From positions 1 through 64,000 of the forward strand of contig CAVVEU010000011.1 in NCBI GenBank assembly GCA_963747235.1: a stretch of DNA of 64,000 nt, read 5' to 3'. Below the pieces are notes generated by a model. The model ran no database searches and was not told the origin of the DNA. It saw only the letters and a program-made list of their open reading frames with translations. The stretch is from an uncultured Candidatus Rokubacteria bacterium (lineage in GTDB: Bacteria; Methylomirabilota; Methylomirabilia; Rokubacteriales; CSP1-6). Position 1 is the stretch's first letter. Each line of letters begins with the position of its first letter. Position numbers and translations under genes: made by a program. This document shows, piece by piece, positions 1-9,974 of this stretch.

Positions 1-1123
1 GATCAGCTCGATGGCCGCGTCCAGCGGGTCCTCGCCCCGCGCGGCCGCGATCTCCGCGATGCGCCGGCCCTGCGCGTCCGGCCGGGCCGGCGAGTAGGCC
101 ACCATGATGTCGGCCCAGTCGAGGCCGCGCAGCAGGGTCTCGCCGCCGCCGGTCAGCTCTTTGCGGATGCGGTCGCGCGTGGCTCGGTCGGCGAGGCGCT
201 TCAGCATCGCGTCGATGCCGCCCTCGAGCACCCAGTCGGGCAGGAGCGTGCGCAGCGTCGTGCTGGAGGCGGTGTAGGGATAGACGTCGCCCATGACGTC
301 CTGGCCCTGGGCGCGCGCGGCGTCGATCAGCGCGAGCGCGTCGGCCACGCGGCCCCAGTTCGGCCGGCCCGCCGCCTTGACGTGGCTCACCTGCGTGGGC
401 AGCCCGCCCTCGCGCCCCACCCGGATGGCCTCGGCCACCGCGTCGAGCAGGGTCGCGCCCTCGCCGCGGATGTGGCTCGCGTAGAAGCCGCGCCCGCCGG
501 CCGCGTGGCGCGCGATGCCGATGATCTCCTCGGTGGCCGCGTAGGAGCCGGGCGCGTAGATGAGGCCGGTGGCGAGGCCGTAGGCGCCGTCGGCCATCGC
601 CTCGTCCATCATGCGCTCCATCGTGGCCTGCTCGCGCGCGGTGGGCGGCCGGCGCGCGAAGCCCATCGCGGCGAGCCGGAGCGTCCCGTGGCCGATGAGC
701 TGCGCCACGTTGAGCGCCACGCCCTCGCCCTCGTAGCGCGCCAGGTAGTCGCCCACCGAGTTCCACGAGAAGTCCATGCCCGGGCGGCACGTAGAGGGCG
801 AAGCCCTGCATCTCGCTCCGGTACTCGTCCGACACCGGGGCCGGGGAGAAGCCGCAGTTGCCGACCACCTCGGTGGTCACGCCCTGGCGGATCTTCGACT
901 CGGCGCGCCGGTTGCCCCAGAGCCGCCAGTCGGAGTGCGAGTGCATGTCGATGAAGCCGGGGGTGACGGTGCGGCCCGTCGCGTCGATCGTGCGCCCGGC
1001 GGGCTCGGCCGCGAGATCGCCCACGGTGGTGACGCGGTCGCCGGTGACGCCCACGTCGGCGCGGCGCGCGGGCGCGCCGGTGCCGTCGATGACCTGCCCG
1101 CCCGTGATCTTGATGTCGAGCAC
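1..1123 (-). CDS. N-acyl-D-amino-acid deacylase (D-aminoacylase); runs off the window, 1 frameshift near 780
   Basis: Manual translation VLDIKITGGQVIDGTG...VTPGFIDMHSHSD...KIRQGVTTEVVGNCGFS; GTG at 1123. Confidence 0.85.
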   Translation of the reverse strand, partial: MLDIKITGGQVIDGTGAPARRADVGVTGDRVTTVGDLAAEPAGRTIDATGRTVTPGFIDMHSHSDWRLWGNRRAESKIRQGVTTEVVGNCGFSPAPVSDEYRSEMQGFALYVPPGHGLLVELGGRLPGALRGRGRGAQRGAAHRPRDAPARRDGLRAPAAHRARAGHDGAHDGRGDGRRRLRPRHRPHLRARLLRGHRGDHRHRAPRGRRARLLREPHPRRGRDPARRGGRGHPGGARGRAAHAGEPRQGGGPAELGPRGRRARADRRRARPGPGRHGRRLSLHRLQHDAAHAPARLGARGRHRRDAEAPRRPSHARPHPQRADRRRRDPAARPRLGRHHGGLLAGPAGRAGPAHRGDRGRAGRGPAGRGHRAD

Positions 1124-1128
1124 GGAGG

Positions 1129-2217
1129 CTAGTAGCGGCGGTCGTCCAGATCGAGCAGCGGGAAGGCGCTCGTCACGTGGGGCACGGTGACCGGCGTCGC
1201 CGCGTGGAGATACGACGCGTCGAGCTGGGCGAGGCTGTGCACGCCGAGCAGCCCCATCGCGATGCGGATCTCCTCCTCCAGCAGCTCGAGCGCGCGCACC
1301 AGCCCCGCCTGCGCCCGCGGCGGCCAGGCCCAGGCAGGAGAGGCGCCCGAGCCCCACGCATCTGCGCGCCGAGCGCGATGGCCTTGACCACGTCGGTGCC
1401 GCGCATGAAGCCGCCGTCCACCATGACCACGGCGCGGCCCGCGACGGCCTTCACCACCTCGGGCAGCACCTCGATCGAGCCGCGGCCGTGGTCGAGCTGG
1501 CGGCCGCCGTGGTTGGAGACGTAGACCGCGTCCACGCCGTGATCGCAGGCGATGGCCGCGTCCTCGCCGGTGGCGATGCCCTTCAGGATCAGCGGGATGT
1601 CGTGGCGGTCCTTGAAGCGCTTGACCTGGTCCCACGAGAGCGCGGCCTGGAAGTCCTGGCCGGTGGCGCGCAGCCGCCACGGCTTGACGAAGCGCCTGGC
1701 GAGGTCGCGCTCGCGCCGGCTGTAGACCGCGGTGTCCACCGTCATGCAGAAGACCGTCGTAGCCGTTGTCCTTCGCGCGCTTGACGTGGTCGTCCACGAA
1801 GGCGTCGTCGCCGCGCACGTAGAGCTGGAAGATGCGGAAGTTGTCGGCGGCGGCCGCGGTGGCCTCGAGGCCGGGGTTGCAGGCCGAGCAGCATCTGCGG
1901 CACGCCGAAGGCGCCCGAGGCCTTCGCGGCGGTGGCGCCGCCGCCCGGCGTGAAGATTCGATCGAGCCGATGGGCGCCAGCATCACCGGGATGCGCACCT
2001 TCCTGCCGAAGAAGGTCGAGCCGGGTCGATGGAGACGTCGCGCAGCACGCGCGGCCGGAACGCGAGGCTGTCGATCGCCGAGCCGGTTGCGCCGCAGCGT
2101 GGTCTCGGTCTCGGTGCCGCCCACCAGGTAGTCCCAGGGGCCGGGGGCCAGGTTCATGCGGGCGGCGCGCACGATCTCGTGCAGCGTCTGGAACTTGTCT
2201 TCGAGCTCGGAGGTCAT
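1129..2217 (-). CDS. FMN-dependent alpha-hydroxy acid oxidase/dehydrogenase (several indels)
   Basis: GGTETETTLRRN, FQLYVRGD, LKGI, VSNHGGRQLD, VDGGFMRGTDVVKAIALGA spread across frames. Confidence 0.9.
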   Translation of the reverse strand: MTSELEDKFQTLHEIVRAARMNLAPGPWDYLVGGTETETTLRRNRLGDRQPRVPAARAARRLHRPGSTFFGRKVRIPVMLAPIGSIESSRRAAAPPPRRPRAPSACRRCCSACNPGLEATAAAADNFRIFQLYVRGDDAFVDDHVKRAKDNGYDGLLHDGGHRGLQPARARPRQALRQAVAAARHRPGLPGRALVGPGQALQGPPRHPADPEGHRHRRGRGHRLRSRRGRGLRLQPRRPPARPRPRLDRGAARGGEGRRGPRRGHGGRRLHARHRRGQGHRARRADAWGSGASPAWAWPPRAQAGLVRALELLEEEIRIAMGLLGVHSLAQLDASYLHAATPVTVPHVTSAFPLLDLDDRRY

Positions 2218-2239
2218 GGGTCTCTCTCTCGGGATCGAT

Positions 2240-2704
2240 TCACGCGTGGCGGTGGCTGTCGGGCAGCCCGAAGCGGGCCGCGGTGCTGCTCTCGGCGTCG
2301 AACTCGATGAGCACGGCCGCGGCCTTGCCGACCACCCACGCGTCGTGGCCGGGCTCGATCACCACCGCGCGCGGCGCGGCGAGATCGAAGGCGCAGCCGT
2401 CGGCGTAGGTGCCGCGCACGCGGCCGCGGGCGAGGAACCCGACGTGGGCGTGCATGCAGAGCGGCGTGTTCACCAGCGGCTTCATGTGGGTGGACCAGCG
2501 GAAGCCGGGCGGGTAGCACACGCGCTTCACGCGGCCGTTGGCGGTGCGGGTGGTGTCGATGGACACGCCGCCCACCTCGCGATGGTCCGCGCCCGCCATG
2601 CGGGCCAGCAGCGGATCGCGCGGGGCGCGCGCCGGCGCGGGACCGGGGCGCTTCGAAGCGGGGCGCTTGGAGCGGGCTGACTTCCGCGGGCGCTTGGGCT
2701 TCAT
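2240..2704 (-). CDS. cupin-domain protein with basic N-terminal tail
   Basis: YPPGFRWSTHMKP..CMHAHVG..IEPGHDAWVVG. Confidence 0.75.
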   Translation of the reverse strand: MKPKRPRKSARSKRPASKRPGPAPARAPRDPLLARMAGADHREVGGVSIDTTRTANGRVKRVCYPPGFRWSTHMKPLVNTPLCMHAHVGFLARGRVRGTYADGCAFDLAAPRAVVIEPGHDAWVVGKAAAVLIEFDAESSTAARFGLPDSHRHA

Positions 2705-2790
2705 GGGGCGACTCCTCCTGGCATTCCTGGAACCTTCGAGACACTGACGCCGCGGGCGAGGGTTGTCAAGCCCGGGTACAATCGGGAGTC

Positions 2791-3693
2791 ATGTCCGTGC
2801 TCCTCGATGCGCGCAATCTGGTGAAGCACCTGGGCGGTCGCCGGGTGGTGGACGGGGTGGACCTCGCCTGCGAGTCCTCGCAGATCGTCGGCCTGCTCGG
2901 GCCCAACGGCGCGGGCAAGACCACGACGCTGCGGATGCTGTACGGGTTCCTCCACCCGGACGAGGGCCGCATCCACGTGGACGGCGTGGAGCTGGGGCGC
3001 GACCTGGTGCGGGCCAAGCGCTCGATCGGCGTGTGCACCCAGGACGACACGTTCGACGGCGACTTCACGGTGGAGCAGAACCTGACGATCGCGGCGACCT
3101 ACTTTCGCCCGCGGCCGACCGATCTGGCGCGCCGCGTCGGCGAGCTGCTCGAGCGCTTCGAGCTGAGCCCCTACGCGGGCCAGAAGCCGGAGACGCTCTC
3201 GGGCGGCTACCGGCGGCGGCTGATGATCGCCCGCGCGCTCGTGCACCGGCCGCGCCTGCTCTTCCTGGACGAGCCGACGACCGGCCTCGATCCGCAGGCG
3301 CGCATGGGCGTGTGGGATCTCGTGGACGGGCTGCGCGCGGAGGGGCTCGGCATCATCCTGACCACGCACTACATGGACGAGGCGGAGCGGCTGAGCGACG
3401 CGCTCACCGTGCTGGCCCGCGGCCGCGTGGTGGCGCGCGGCACCGCCAAGACGGTGCTGGGCGACCTGGTGGGCGAGCACGTCATCGTGGTGGAGGCGGG
3501 CCAGGGCGCGGCGGTCGCGGCCTGGCTCGCCGCGCGGGGGCGCGGCGAGCCGGCCAGCGTGCTGGGCGCCTGGCACGTGCCGGTCTCCGGCGAGGAGCTG
3601 GCCGAGTTCGCGCGCGCGTTCCCCGCGCTGCGCTACGAGGTGCGCGGCCCCACGCTCGACGATCTCTTCCTCAAGCTCTCGCTCACGCCATGA
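2791..3693 (+). CDS. ABC-2 exporter ATP-binding subunit (NodI-like)
   Basis: GPNGAGKTT, LSGG, LFLDEPTTGLDPQAR, LTTHYMDEAE. Confidence 0.92.
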   Translation: MSVLLDARNLVKHLGGRRVVDGVDLACESSQIVGLLGPNGAGKTTTLRMLYGFLHPDEGRIHVDGVELGRDLVRAKRSIGVCTQDDTFDGDFTVEQNLTIAATYFRPRPTDLARRVGELLERFELSPYAGQKPETLSGGYRRRLMIARALVHRPRLLFLDEPTTGLDPQARMGVWDLVDGLRAEGLGIILTTHYMDEAERLSDALTVLARGRVVARGTAKTVLGDLVGEHVIVVEAGQGAAVAAWLAARGRGEPASVLGAWHVPVSGEELAEFARAFPALRYEVRGPTLDDLFLKLSLTP

Positions 3694-4493
3694 GCTGGCT
3701 GGTCGCGGCGCTCGAGTGGCAGAGCCGCGCGGTGGTCGCGCGGCACCTGCGCGTCTACATGCGCAACTGGTACACCGCGTTCCTGCCGCCCGCGTTCGAG
3801 CCGGTGACCATGCTGCTGGCCTTCGGGGTCGGGCTCGGCGGCTACGTGGCGACGCTGACCTGGCAGGGCCGCCCGGTCGAGTACATGAGCTACGTGGCCC
3901 CGGGGCTGCTCGCCTACGCGACCTTCATGACCGCGATCTTCCAGTCGCTCTTCGCCGCGTTCATCCGCATGCGCTACCAGCGCACGTGGGAGGGCCAGCT
4001 CACGACGCAGGTCGCGCTGCCCCACGTGGTCTGGGGCGAGGTGCTCTGGGCGGGGCTGCTCTCCACCATGTACGTGGTGATCGTCTCCGCGGTGCTCACC
4101 GGGCTGCACGCGGCGGGCTTCCTCCACATCCGGATCGCGCTGCTGCCCGTCCTGTTGCCCATCGTGTTCGTGGCGGCGTGCGGGTTCGCCGCGCTCGGGC
4201 TCTGCTTCACCGCGATCGTGCCGACGATCGACCACATGAACCTGCCCGTGTTCCTGCTGGTGCTGCCGATGGGGCTGCTCTCGTCCACCTACTTCCCGCT
4301 CGAGCATCCCGTGCTGGTCGCGCTGAACGTGGTGAACCCGCTCCACCACCTGGCCCAGGCCTTCCGCGGCATCCTCCTCGGGGGCCCGGTCGCGGGGCAT
4401 CTGGCCGGCGCGCTGATCCTCTCGGCCCTGCTGCTGGGGATCCTGGTGCCGCTCGATCTGCGCCTGCTGCGGCGGCGGGTGCTCGGCGACTAG
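3690..4493 (+). CDS. ABC-2 exporter permease (NodJ-like)
   Basis: ATGA overlap; FEPVTMLLAFGVGLG, YMSYVAPGL, FIRMRYQRTWE, multiple TM segments. Confidence 0.88.
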   Translation: MSWLVAALEWQSRAVVARHLRVYMRNWYTAFLPPAFEPVTMLLAFGVGLGGYVATLTWQGRPVEYMSYVAPGLLAYATFMTAIFQSLFAAFIRMRYQRTWEGQLTTQVALPHVVWGEVLWAGLLSTMYVVIVSAVLTGLHAAGFLHIRIALLPVLLPIVFVAACGFAALGLCFTAIVPTIDHMNLPVFLLVLPMGLLSSTYFPLEHPVLVALNVVNPLHHLAQAFRGILLGGPVAGHLAGALILSALLLGILVPLDLRLLRRRVLGD

Positions 4494-4494
4494 G

Positions 4495-5561
4495 CTACGG
4501 GCTCTCCACGCGCTCGGGCGGCGCGGTCGGCTTCACGAGCGCGGCGCGGATGCGATCGAAGCGCTTGACGATCTCGCCGCGGAGCTGGCGCCGGCCGATC
4601 ACGCGCTTCAGCTCGCCGCCGAGGCCCGCGACCTGGTCGGTGGAGACGCGATTGCTCGAGAAGACGAGCACGCCGTCTTCGTACGGCACCGCGCCGGAGA
4701 GGATCTGGCTCGCGTTGTAGGAGTGGCCCACGTAGACGTGCCGCTCGACGTAGAGCGCGAGCTGGGGCGTCACGTCCACCAGATGGTGGATGAGGATCGG
4801 GTCCGGGCGACCCTGCACCTGGCGCTTCACCCAGTAGAGCTGGCTGATCGCGGTGGTGCTCTGCTCGGCCGGGAAGCGGAGCAGCGCGTCGGCCAGGCGC
4901 GGCATCAGGTGGCCGACGATCCGCGCGTCGCCCGCGGCCACCCGCAGCACCGCGGCCGGATCGGTCGCGCCGCCGCGCCGCGCGTAGGGCGGCCATGCCG
5001 TCGAGTCCGCGCGCCTGGAACGCCTGCGCGCGCTGCAGGAGCAGCGCCCGCCACTGGGCGGCGCCGGTCTCCGCCACCGCGGCCCGGTCGGCGCCGCGCA
5101 GCGCGGCCTTGGCCGCGCGGAAGGTCTCGATCTCGGCGGCCGAGAGATTGAGGCGTCCGCCCGCCGCCGCGTCGAAGGCATCCTGCGCCTCCGCGACCTC
5201 GCCGGCCGACAGCTTGTAGCCGGCCAGCGCGGCCACCGTCGCGCCGGGTGCCAGCGCGCCCCACGCGGTGATGCTCGGATCCTTCACGACGATGTCCGGG
5301 CTCGTCAGCGCCTCGGCGGCGCGGGCGAGCGGGACCGGGAGGTACATGGCCACGCCCGCGCCCAGCTCGGTCTCGGTGGTCTCGGCCACCTGGTAGCCGA
5401 TGGTCTCGCCGGCCAGCAGGCGTCGGCGCTGCTCCGGGGAGAGGCGGCGGACGTCGAGGGCCTGGCCCGTCCTCCGCCGCCGAGGCATCGGCGGCGTCCA
5501 CGGGCAGGGGCAGGCAGAGCAGGCCGGCGAGGGCGGCCGCCCTGCCCAGTCGGGAGAGCAT
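4495..5561 (-). CDS. exported hypothetical protein (2 indels)
   Basis: Signal peptide MLSRLGRAAALAGLLCLPLPVDA; coherent pieces RLNLSAAEIETF and ERHVYVGHSYNASQI in successive frames. Confidence 0.65.
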
Positions 5562-5569
5562 GGCCTATC

Positions 5570-5908
5570 TTAAGTGATCCGCCTCAGACGCGCCCGCTCG
5601 GGAATATTGACGAGGTTGCGCACCCACTGCCCGGGGACCTTGCCGATCAACCGCCGGATCCGACGCCGGGTGTTCTCCGAGAGCTTGTGCTCCATGCGGT
5701 TGATGAAGCGACGGGTCCGGTCGCTGGCCAGGCCCAGGAAGACCAGGCCGGCCGCGTAGAACGGGATGCCGGTGATGATCGGGATGAGCCAGCCGACCAC
5801 GCCCAGCGCGAAGCACACGACCGCGGCGCGCCAGGAAGACGACGCGCAGCCAGAACGGGATGGCGCCCGTCCGGGTGCCCGGAGGAGGTCCGGCAGCGGG
5901 GGTGTCAT
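5570..5908 (-). CDS. small membrane protein (PGPGW/DUF454-like), probable indel
   Basis: FALGVVGWLIPIITGIPFYAAGLVFL hairpin followed by a basic tail. Confidence 0.55.
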   Translation of the reverse strand: MTPPLPDLLRAPGRAPSRSGCASSSWRAAVVCFALGVVGWLIPIITGIPFYAAGLVFLGLASDRTRRFINRMEHKLSENTRRRIRRLIGKVPGQWVRNLVNIPERARLRRIT

Positions 5909-6007
5909 GGCTACTGTCAGCGTAGCACGCGCACCAGCGGCCGTGCGGTCCGCTGGGACGCGTCCGCCCGATCTGGTGTACGCATACGCCGCGCCAAGGA
6001 GGAGCCA

Positions 6008-6547
6008 ATGCCCGAGTCCGTTCCGTCCTCTCTCATCATCGACGCGTTCAAGGAGATCTTCCAGTCGGAGCGCAAAGGCGCCAAGCGCCAGGACCCGCTC
6101 GGCTGGATCATCAGCGTGCCCGACACGCACCAGAAGAGCGTGCTGGCCGCGCTCGACAAGGAGCGCAGCCTGCGCGTGCTGACGTGCTCGACCGAGGACG
6201 ACGCCAACGCGGTGGCCGCGGGGCTCTACATGACCGGCGAGCCGGTGATCGTGATGATCCAGCACGCCGGCCTCTACGCCAGCGTGAACACGATCCGCGG
6301 CATCTCGATGGACGGCAAGATCCCGATCTTCTACATGATCGGGCTGCTGAGCCGCGAGAAGGACAAGGACCCCAAGGATTCGCGGCATTCCATGGTCCGC
6401 TTCGCGGAGCCGCTGCTGGACGTGTTCAGCATCCCCCACGCCCGCATGGAAGGCCCGGACGACGTGAAGCTGATCGCCGAGTACTACCGGAAGAGCCGCG
6501 AGCGGAAAGGCCCCACCGCCGTGCTCGTCGGCCTGGAGACCGCGTGA
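6008..6547 (+). CDS. ThDP-dependent decarboxylase alpha subunit (sulfopyruvate/phosphonopyruvate decarboxylase-like)
   Basis: SVPD, TEDDANAVAAGLYMTG, MIQHAGL; SD GGAGGAG. Confidence 0.75.
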   Translation: MPESVPSSLIIDAFKEIFQSERKGAKRQDPLGWIISVPDTHQKSVLAALDKERSLRVLTCSTEDDANAVAAGLYMTGEPVIVMIQHAGLYASVNTIRGISMDGKIPIFYMIGLLSREKDKDPKDSRHSMVRFAEPLLDVFSIPHARMEGPDDVKLIAEYYRKSRERKGPTAVLVGLETA

Positions 6548-7119
6548 TGATGAAGCCGGAGGAGATCCTCACGCTGATCCAGGCCGCCCGCGGGACGGCC
6601 ATCTGCGTGCCCACCATGACCACCGGGCCCGCCTGGCGCAAGATCGCGCCCGACGATCTCTCGGTCGGCTGCGTGGGCTTCATGGGCGGCGCCTCCGCCA
6701 TGGGCCTCGGCCTGGCCCTGGGCGCGCCCGACCGCCGCGTGATCGTCTTCGACGGCGACGGCTCGCTGCTGATGCAGCTCGGCTCGATCGCCACCATCGC
6801 GGGCGCGGCCCCGCGCAACTTCACGCACCTGCTCTTCAAGAACGGCGTCTACCACACCTCCGGCTCGCAGGAGACGCCGGGCGGGGCGGGGACGGACTTC
6901 GCGGCGATGGCCAAGGCGGCGGGCTACCGCAATGCCTACACCATCACCACGCTGGAAGACTTCAAGAAGCGCCTGCCCGGCTTCCTCACCGAGGACGGCC
7001 CGATCATGGTGCAGCTCATCACCGGGCTGGCGGAGAGCACGCCGATGACCGCGGGGCCGAGCACGCCCTTCCACCAGCAGGTGGCCGAGCTGCGCGCGAA
7101 GGTGACCGGCGCGCGGTAG
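6547..7119 (+). CDS. ThDP-dependent decarboxylase beta subunit
   Basis: MGGASAMGLGLAL, DGDGSLLMQLG...KNGVYHTSGSQ ThDP motif; TGATG coupling. Confidence 0.8.
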   Translation: MMKPEEILTLIQAARGTAICVPTMTTGPAWRKIAPDDLSVGCVGFMGGASAMGLGLALGAPDRRVIVFDGDGSLLMQLGSIATIAGAAPRNFTHLLFKNGVYHTSGSQETPGGAGTDFAAMAKAAGYRNAYTITTLEDFKKRLPGFLTEDGPIMVQLITGLAESTPMTAGPSTPFHQQVAELRAKVTGAR

Positions 7120-7126
7120 CGCCCAG

Positions 7127-7942
7127 CTACTCCTCGAGCTGCTTGGCCCGCCACCGGAGGGCGGCGCCGAGCCCCTCCTTCTCCCGGATCTCGTCGAACT
7201 TCATCCCGACCTCGGTGGTGGCCGCGTAGAGCGGGGCCAGCACGTCGAGCCCGGCGCGAATCGCGTTCCGGAAGCCGGCCGCGTCGGCGCCCCGGTTGAC
7301 GGCGAGCTTGGTGGCGGCCAGCGCCTCGGGAGAGATGAGGGCCAGGCGCCGCGCGTACTTGAGCGTGGCCGCCTCGAGCTCGGCGCGGGGCACGACACGG
7401 TTCACCATGCCGTAGCGAAGCGCGGTCTGGGCATCGATGGGGTCGCCGAAGTAGAGCATCTCGCGGGCGCGCTTGAGCCCGACGACGAAGGGCATGATGA
7501 GGGCCGGGCCGACGTTGGAGAAGCGGATCTCCGGCTCGCCGAAGAGGGCGTCGTCGGCGGCGATCGTGAGGTCGCACATCATGGCGAGCTCGCAGCCGCC
7601 GCCCAGACAATGGCCCTGGACCGAGGCGACCACCGGCTTCGTCATGTCCCACGGCGTCATCTCGAGGGCAACGTCATCGGTGAGCGAGGTGTGCCAGGCG
7701 AGCGCATTCCCTCGCCGGGCGGCCCGCGCCGGGTTGGGGGAGATGTCGTAGCCGGCGGAGAAGCTCCGCCCCTCGGCGCGGAGCACGACCACCGCGGTGG
7801 CCGGGTCGCGGTCGGCTTCGTGGAAGCGCTCGACGAGGGTGCGCTTGAGATCGGGGCTGATCGCGTTCAGCTTCTCGGCCCGGTTCAGCGAGACGATGCC
7901 GACGCGGCCGTCTACGGCGTAGGTCACGAGTGGCGCGATCAC
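7127..7942 (-). CDS. enoyl-CoA hydratase/isomerase family
   Basis: LNRAEKLNAI, FSAGYDI, GHCLGGGCELAMMCD, FGEPE. Confidence 0.93.
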   Translation of the reverse strand: MIAPLVTYAVDGRVGIVSLNRAEKLNAISPDLKRTLVERFHEADRDPATAVVVLRAEGRSFSAGYDISPNPARAARRGNALAWHTSLTDDVALEMTPWDMTKPVVASVQGHCLGGGCELAMMCDLTIAADDALFGEPEIRFSNVGPALIMPFVVGLKRAREMLYFGDPIDAQTALRYGMVNRVVPRAELEAATLKYARRLALISPEALAATKLAVNRGADAAGFRNAIRAGLDVLAPLYAATTEVGMKFDEIREKEGLGAALRWRAKQLEE

Positions 7943-7952
7943 GGCGGGCGCC

Positions 7953-8411
7953 CTATCCGTAGACGATGCCGAGCGTTTCCGCCACCATGGCGGGGCGCGT
8001 GTTGCCCTCGACCTCCATGGTCATCTCGCTCGTGATGCGGAAGCCGTTGTCCTCCACCGGCTCGACCTTGACCAGCTTCTGGCGCAGCCGCACGCGCGCG
8101 CCCGCGGGCACCGGCGCGGTGAAGCGCACGCGGTTCGAGCCGTAGTTCAGGCCGCGGCGCCGCTTCTCGATCTTCATCAGGGTCGGGGCGAGCTGCGGGA
8201 GCAGCGAGAGTGTCAGGTAGCCGTGGGCGATGGTCTTGCCGCCCGGCAGCTCCTTCTTGGCCCGCTCCACGTCCACGTGGATCCACTGGTGGTCGCCGGT
8301 GGCGTCCGCGAACTTGTCGATCATCTCCTGGGTCACCGTGAGCCACTCGGACGGACCCAGCTCCTTGCCCACGTGCTGGAGCAAATCCTGCGGCTTCTCG
8401 ACCTTGAGCAT
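7953..8411 (-). CDS. MaoC-family dehydratase
   Basis: FADATGDHQWIHVD, TIAHGYLTLSL, NYGSNRVRF. Confidence 0.93.
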   Translation of the reverse strand: MLKVEKPQDLLQHVGKELGPSEWLTVTQEMIDKFADATGDHQWIHVDVERAKKELPGGKTIAHGYLTLSLLPQLAPTLMKIEKRRRGLNYGSNRVRFTAPVPAGARVRLRQKLVKVEPVEDNGFRITSEMTMEVEGNTRPAMVAETLGIVYG

Positions 8412-8482
8412 AGCGTTCCTCCCTCGGGTATGATCTGCGGGCGCCATTATCGCCCAGTCCCAGTCCCGGAGGAAAGCACGCG

Positions 8483-9607
8483 ATGAGTTACGACGCGCCC
8501 TTCGCCGGCCTCAAGGTGGTGGACCTGAGCCAGGGGATCGCGGGGCCCTACTCGGCCATGCTGCTGGCCCAGTACGGCGCCGACGTGATCAAGGTGGAGC
8601 CGCCGGAAGGCGACTGGGCGCGCGCGCTCGGCAAGCGCTACGGCGACATGACCGCGTTCTCCATCGCGGCCAACCTCGGCAAGCGCTCGATCGTGCTCGA
8701 CCTCAAGACCGAGGAGGACCGGCAGATCCTCCGCCGGCTGGTGTCCACCGCGGACGTGTTCCTCGAGTCCTTCCGGCCGGGCGTGGCGGCGCGCCTCGGG
8801 TTCGGCTACCCGGACGTCGAGGCGATCAACCCGCGCATCATCTATCTTTCGGTCTCCGGCTTCGGCCAGACCGGCCCTGACGCGGAGCGCCCGGCGGTGG
8901 ACACCGTGTTCCAGGCTTTCACCGGCCTCATGTCGGTGAACCGCGGCCTCGACGGCATCCCGCACCGCGTGCCGGTGATCGTGATGGACATGGCCACCGC
9001 GCTCAGCAACTTCCAGGCGATGGCGGTCGCCCTCTACGCCCGCCGCGACGAGCCGCGCGGCCGCTACATCGAATCGAGCCTGCTGCGCGGCGGGGCGACG
9101 ATCCAGGCGGTGTCGATGATCCAGCACCACCTGGAGGGCGGGAAGCCGCAGCCGGGCCTCACCCCGTCGGGCACCTTCAAGGCGAGCGACGGCTGGATCA
9201 ACCTGACGATCCTGCGCGACGCGGAGTTCCCGACGTTCTGCGACGCCCTCGAGATCCCCGCGGCCAAGGGCGATCCGCGCTTCGCCACCAACGACTCGCG
9301 CTTCGCCAACGTGGCGGCGCTGACCGCGCTGCTCGACCCCGCGTTCGCCCGGCGCACTACCGCGGACCTCTCGGCGCGGCTGCGCAAGGCGCGGCTCATG
9401 CACCAGCGGGTGAACACCTACCTCGAGTTCCTCGACGACCCCCACGTGAAGGCGATCGGCGCGGTGACCTGGATCGAGCAGCCGGGGATCGGGCGGGTGC
9501 CGGTGCCCCAGGTGCCGGGCCTGCCGCCGCTCCGCAGCGGGACGCCGCGCGCGGTGTCGCCGTCGCTCGACCAGCACCGGAAAGAGATCCTGGCCGAGCT
9601 GGGGTGA
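8483..9607 (+). CDS. class III CoA-transferase (CaiB/BaiF)
   Basis: VVDLSQGIAGP, GADVIKVEPPEGD, NLGKRSI, SGFGQTGP. Confidence 0.93.
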   Translation: MSYDAPFAGLKVVDLSQGIAGPYSAMLLAQYGADVIKVEPPEGDWARALGKRYGDMTAFSIAANLGKRSIVLDLKTEEDRQILRRLVSTADVFLESFRPGVAARLGFGYPDVEAINPRIIYLSVSGFGQTGPDAERPAVDTVFQAFTGLMSVNRGLDGIPHRVPVIVMDMATALSNFQAMAVALYARRDEPRGRYIESSLLRGGATIQAVSMIQHHLEGGKPQPGLTPSGTFKASDGWINLTILRDAEFPTFCDALEIPAAKGDPRFATNDSRFANVAALTALLDPAFARRTTADLSARLRKARLMHQRVNTYLEFLDDPHVKAIGAVTWIEQPGIGRVPVPQVPGLPPLRSGTPRAVSPSLDQHRKEILAELG

Positions 9608-9626
9608 GGCGCGGGATGGTGGGCTA

Positions 9627-9974
9627 GTGCCGCGGTCGAAGAATCCGTTTCTCGGCAGGTGGAGGATAGCCGCGACCGATGTGTGGTCGGCCGATGACCT
9701 GGACGGAGTTGCTGCCGCCCATGTGACGTTCCGATCGGGGCGCCAAGGTGAGATGGAGCTGTTCGCCATCCAGGGCGATATCGACTACCGGTTTGGACGA
9801 CGTGAGGAAGAGTCGTTTATTGAATTTTCGTGGGAAGGAACGGACGACGGCCAGCCGATCTCGGGTCGGGCCTGGGCCCTTCTGGAGAAGAGGGAGCTGC
9901 GCGGGCGGTTGTTCATCCACGGGGGAGACGAGATCAGATTTGTGGCGAAGCGGAAGAGAGAGCGAACCAAGTGA
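9627..9974 (+). CDS. conserved hypothetical beta-rich protein (115 aa)
   Basis: FLGRWRI...EFSWEGTDDGQPISGRAWA...GRLFIHGGD; GTGA overlap with hsdM. Confidence 0.65.
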   Translation: MPRSKNPFLGRWRIAATDVWSADDLDGVAAAHVTFRSGRQGEMELFAIQGDIDYRFGRREEESFIEFSWEGTDDGQPISGRAWALLEKRELRGRLFIHGGDEIRFVAKRKRERTK

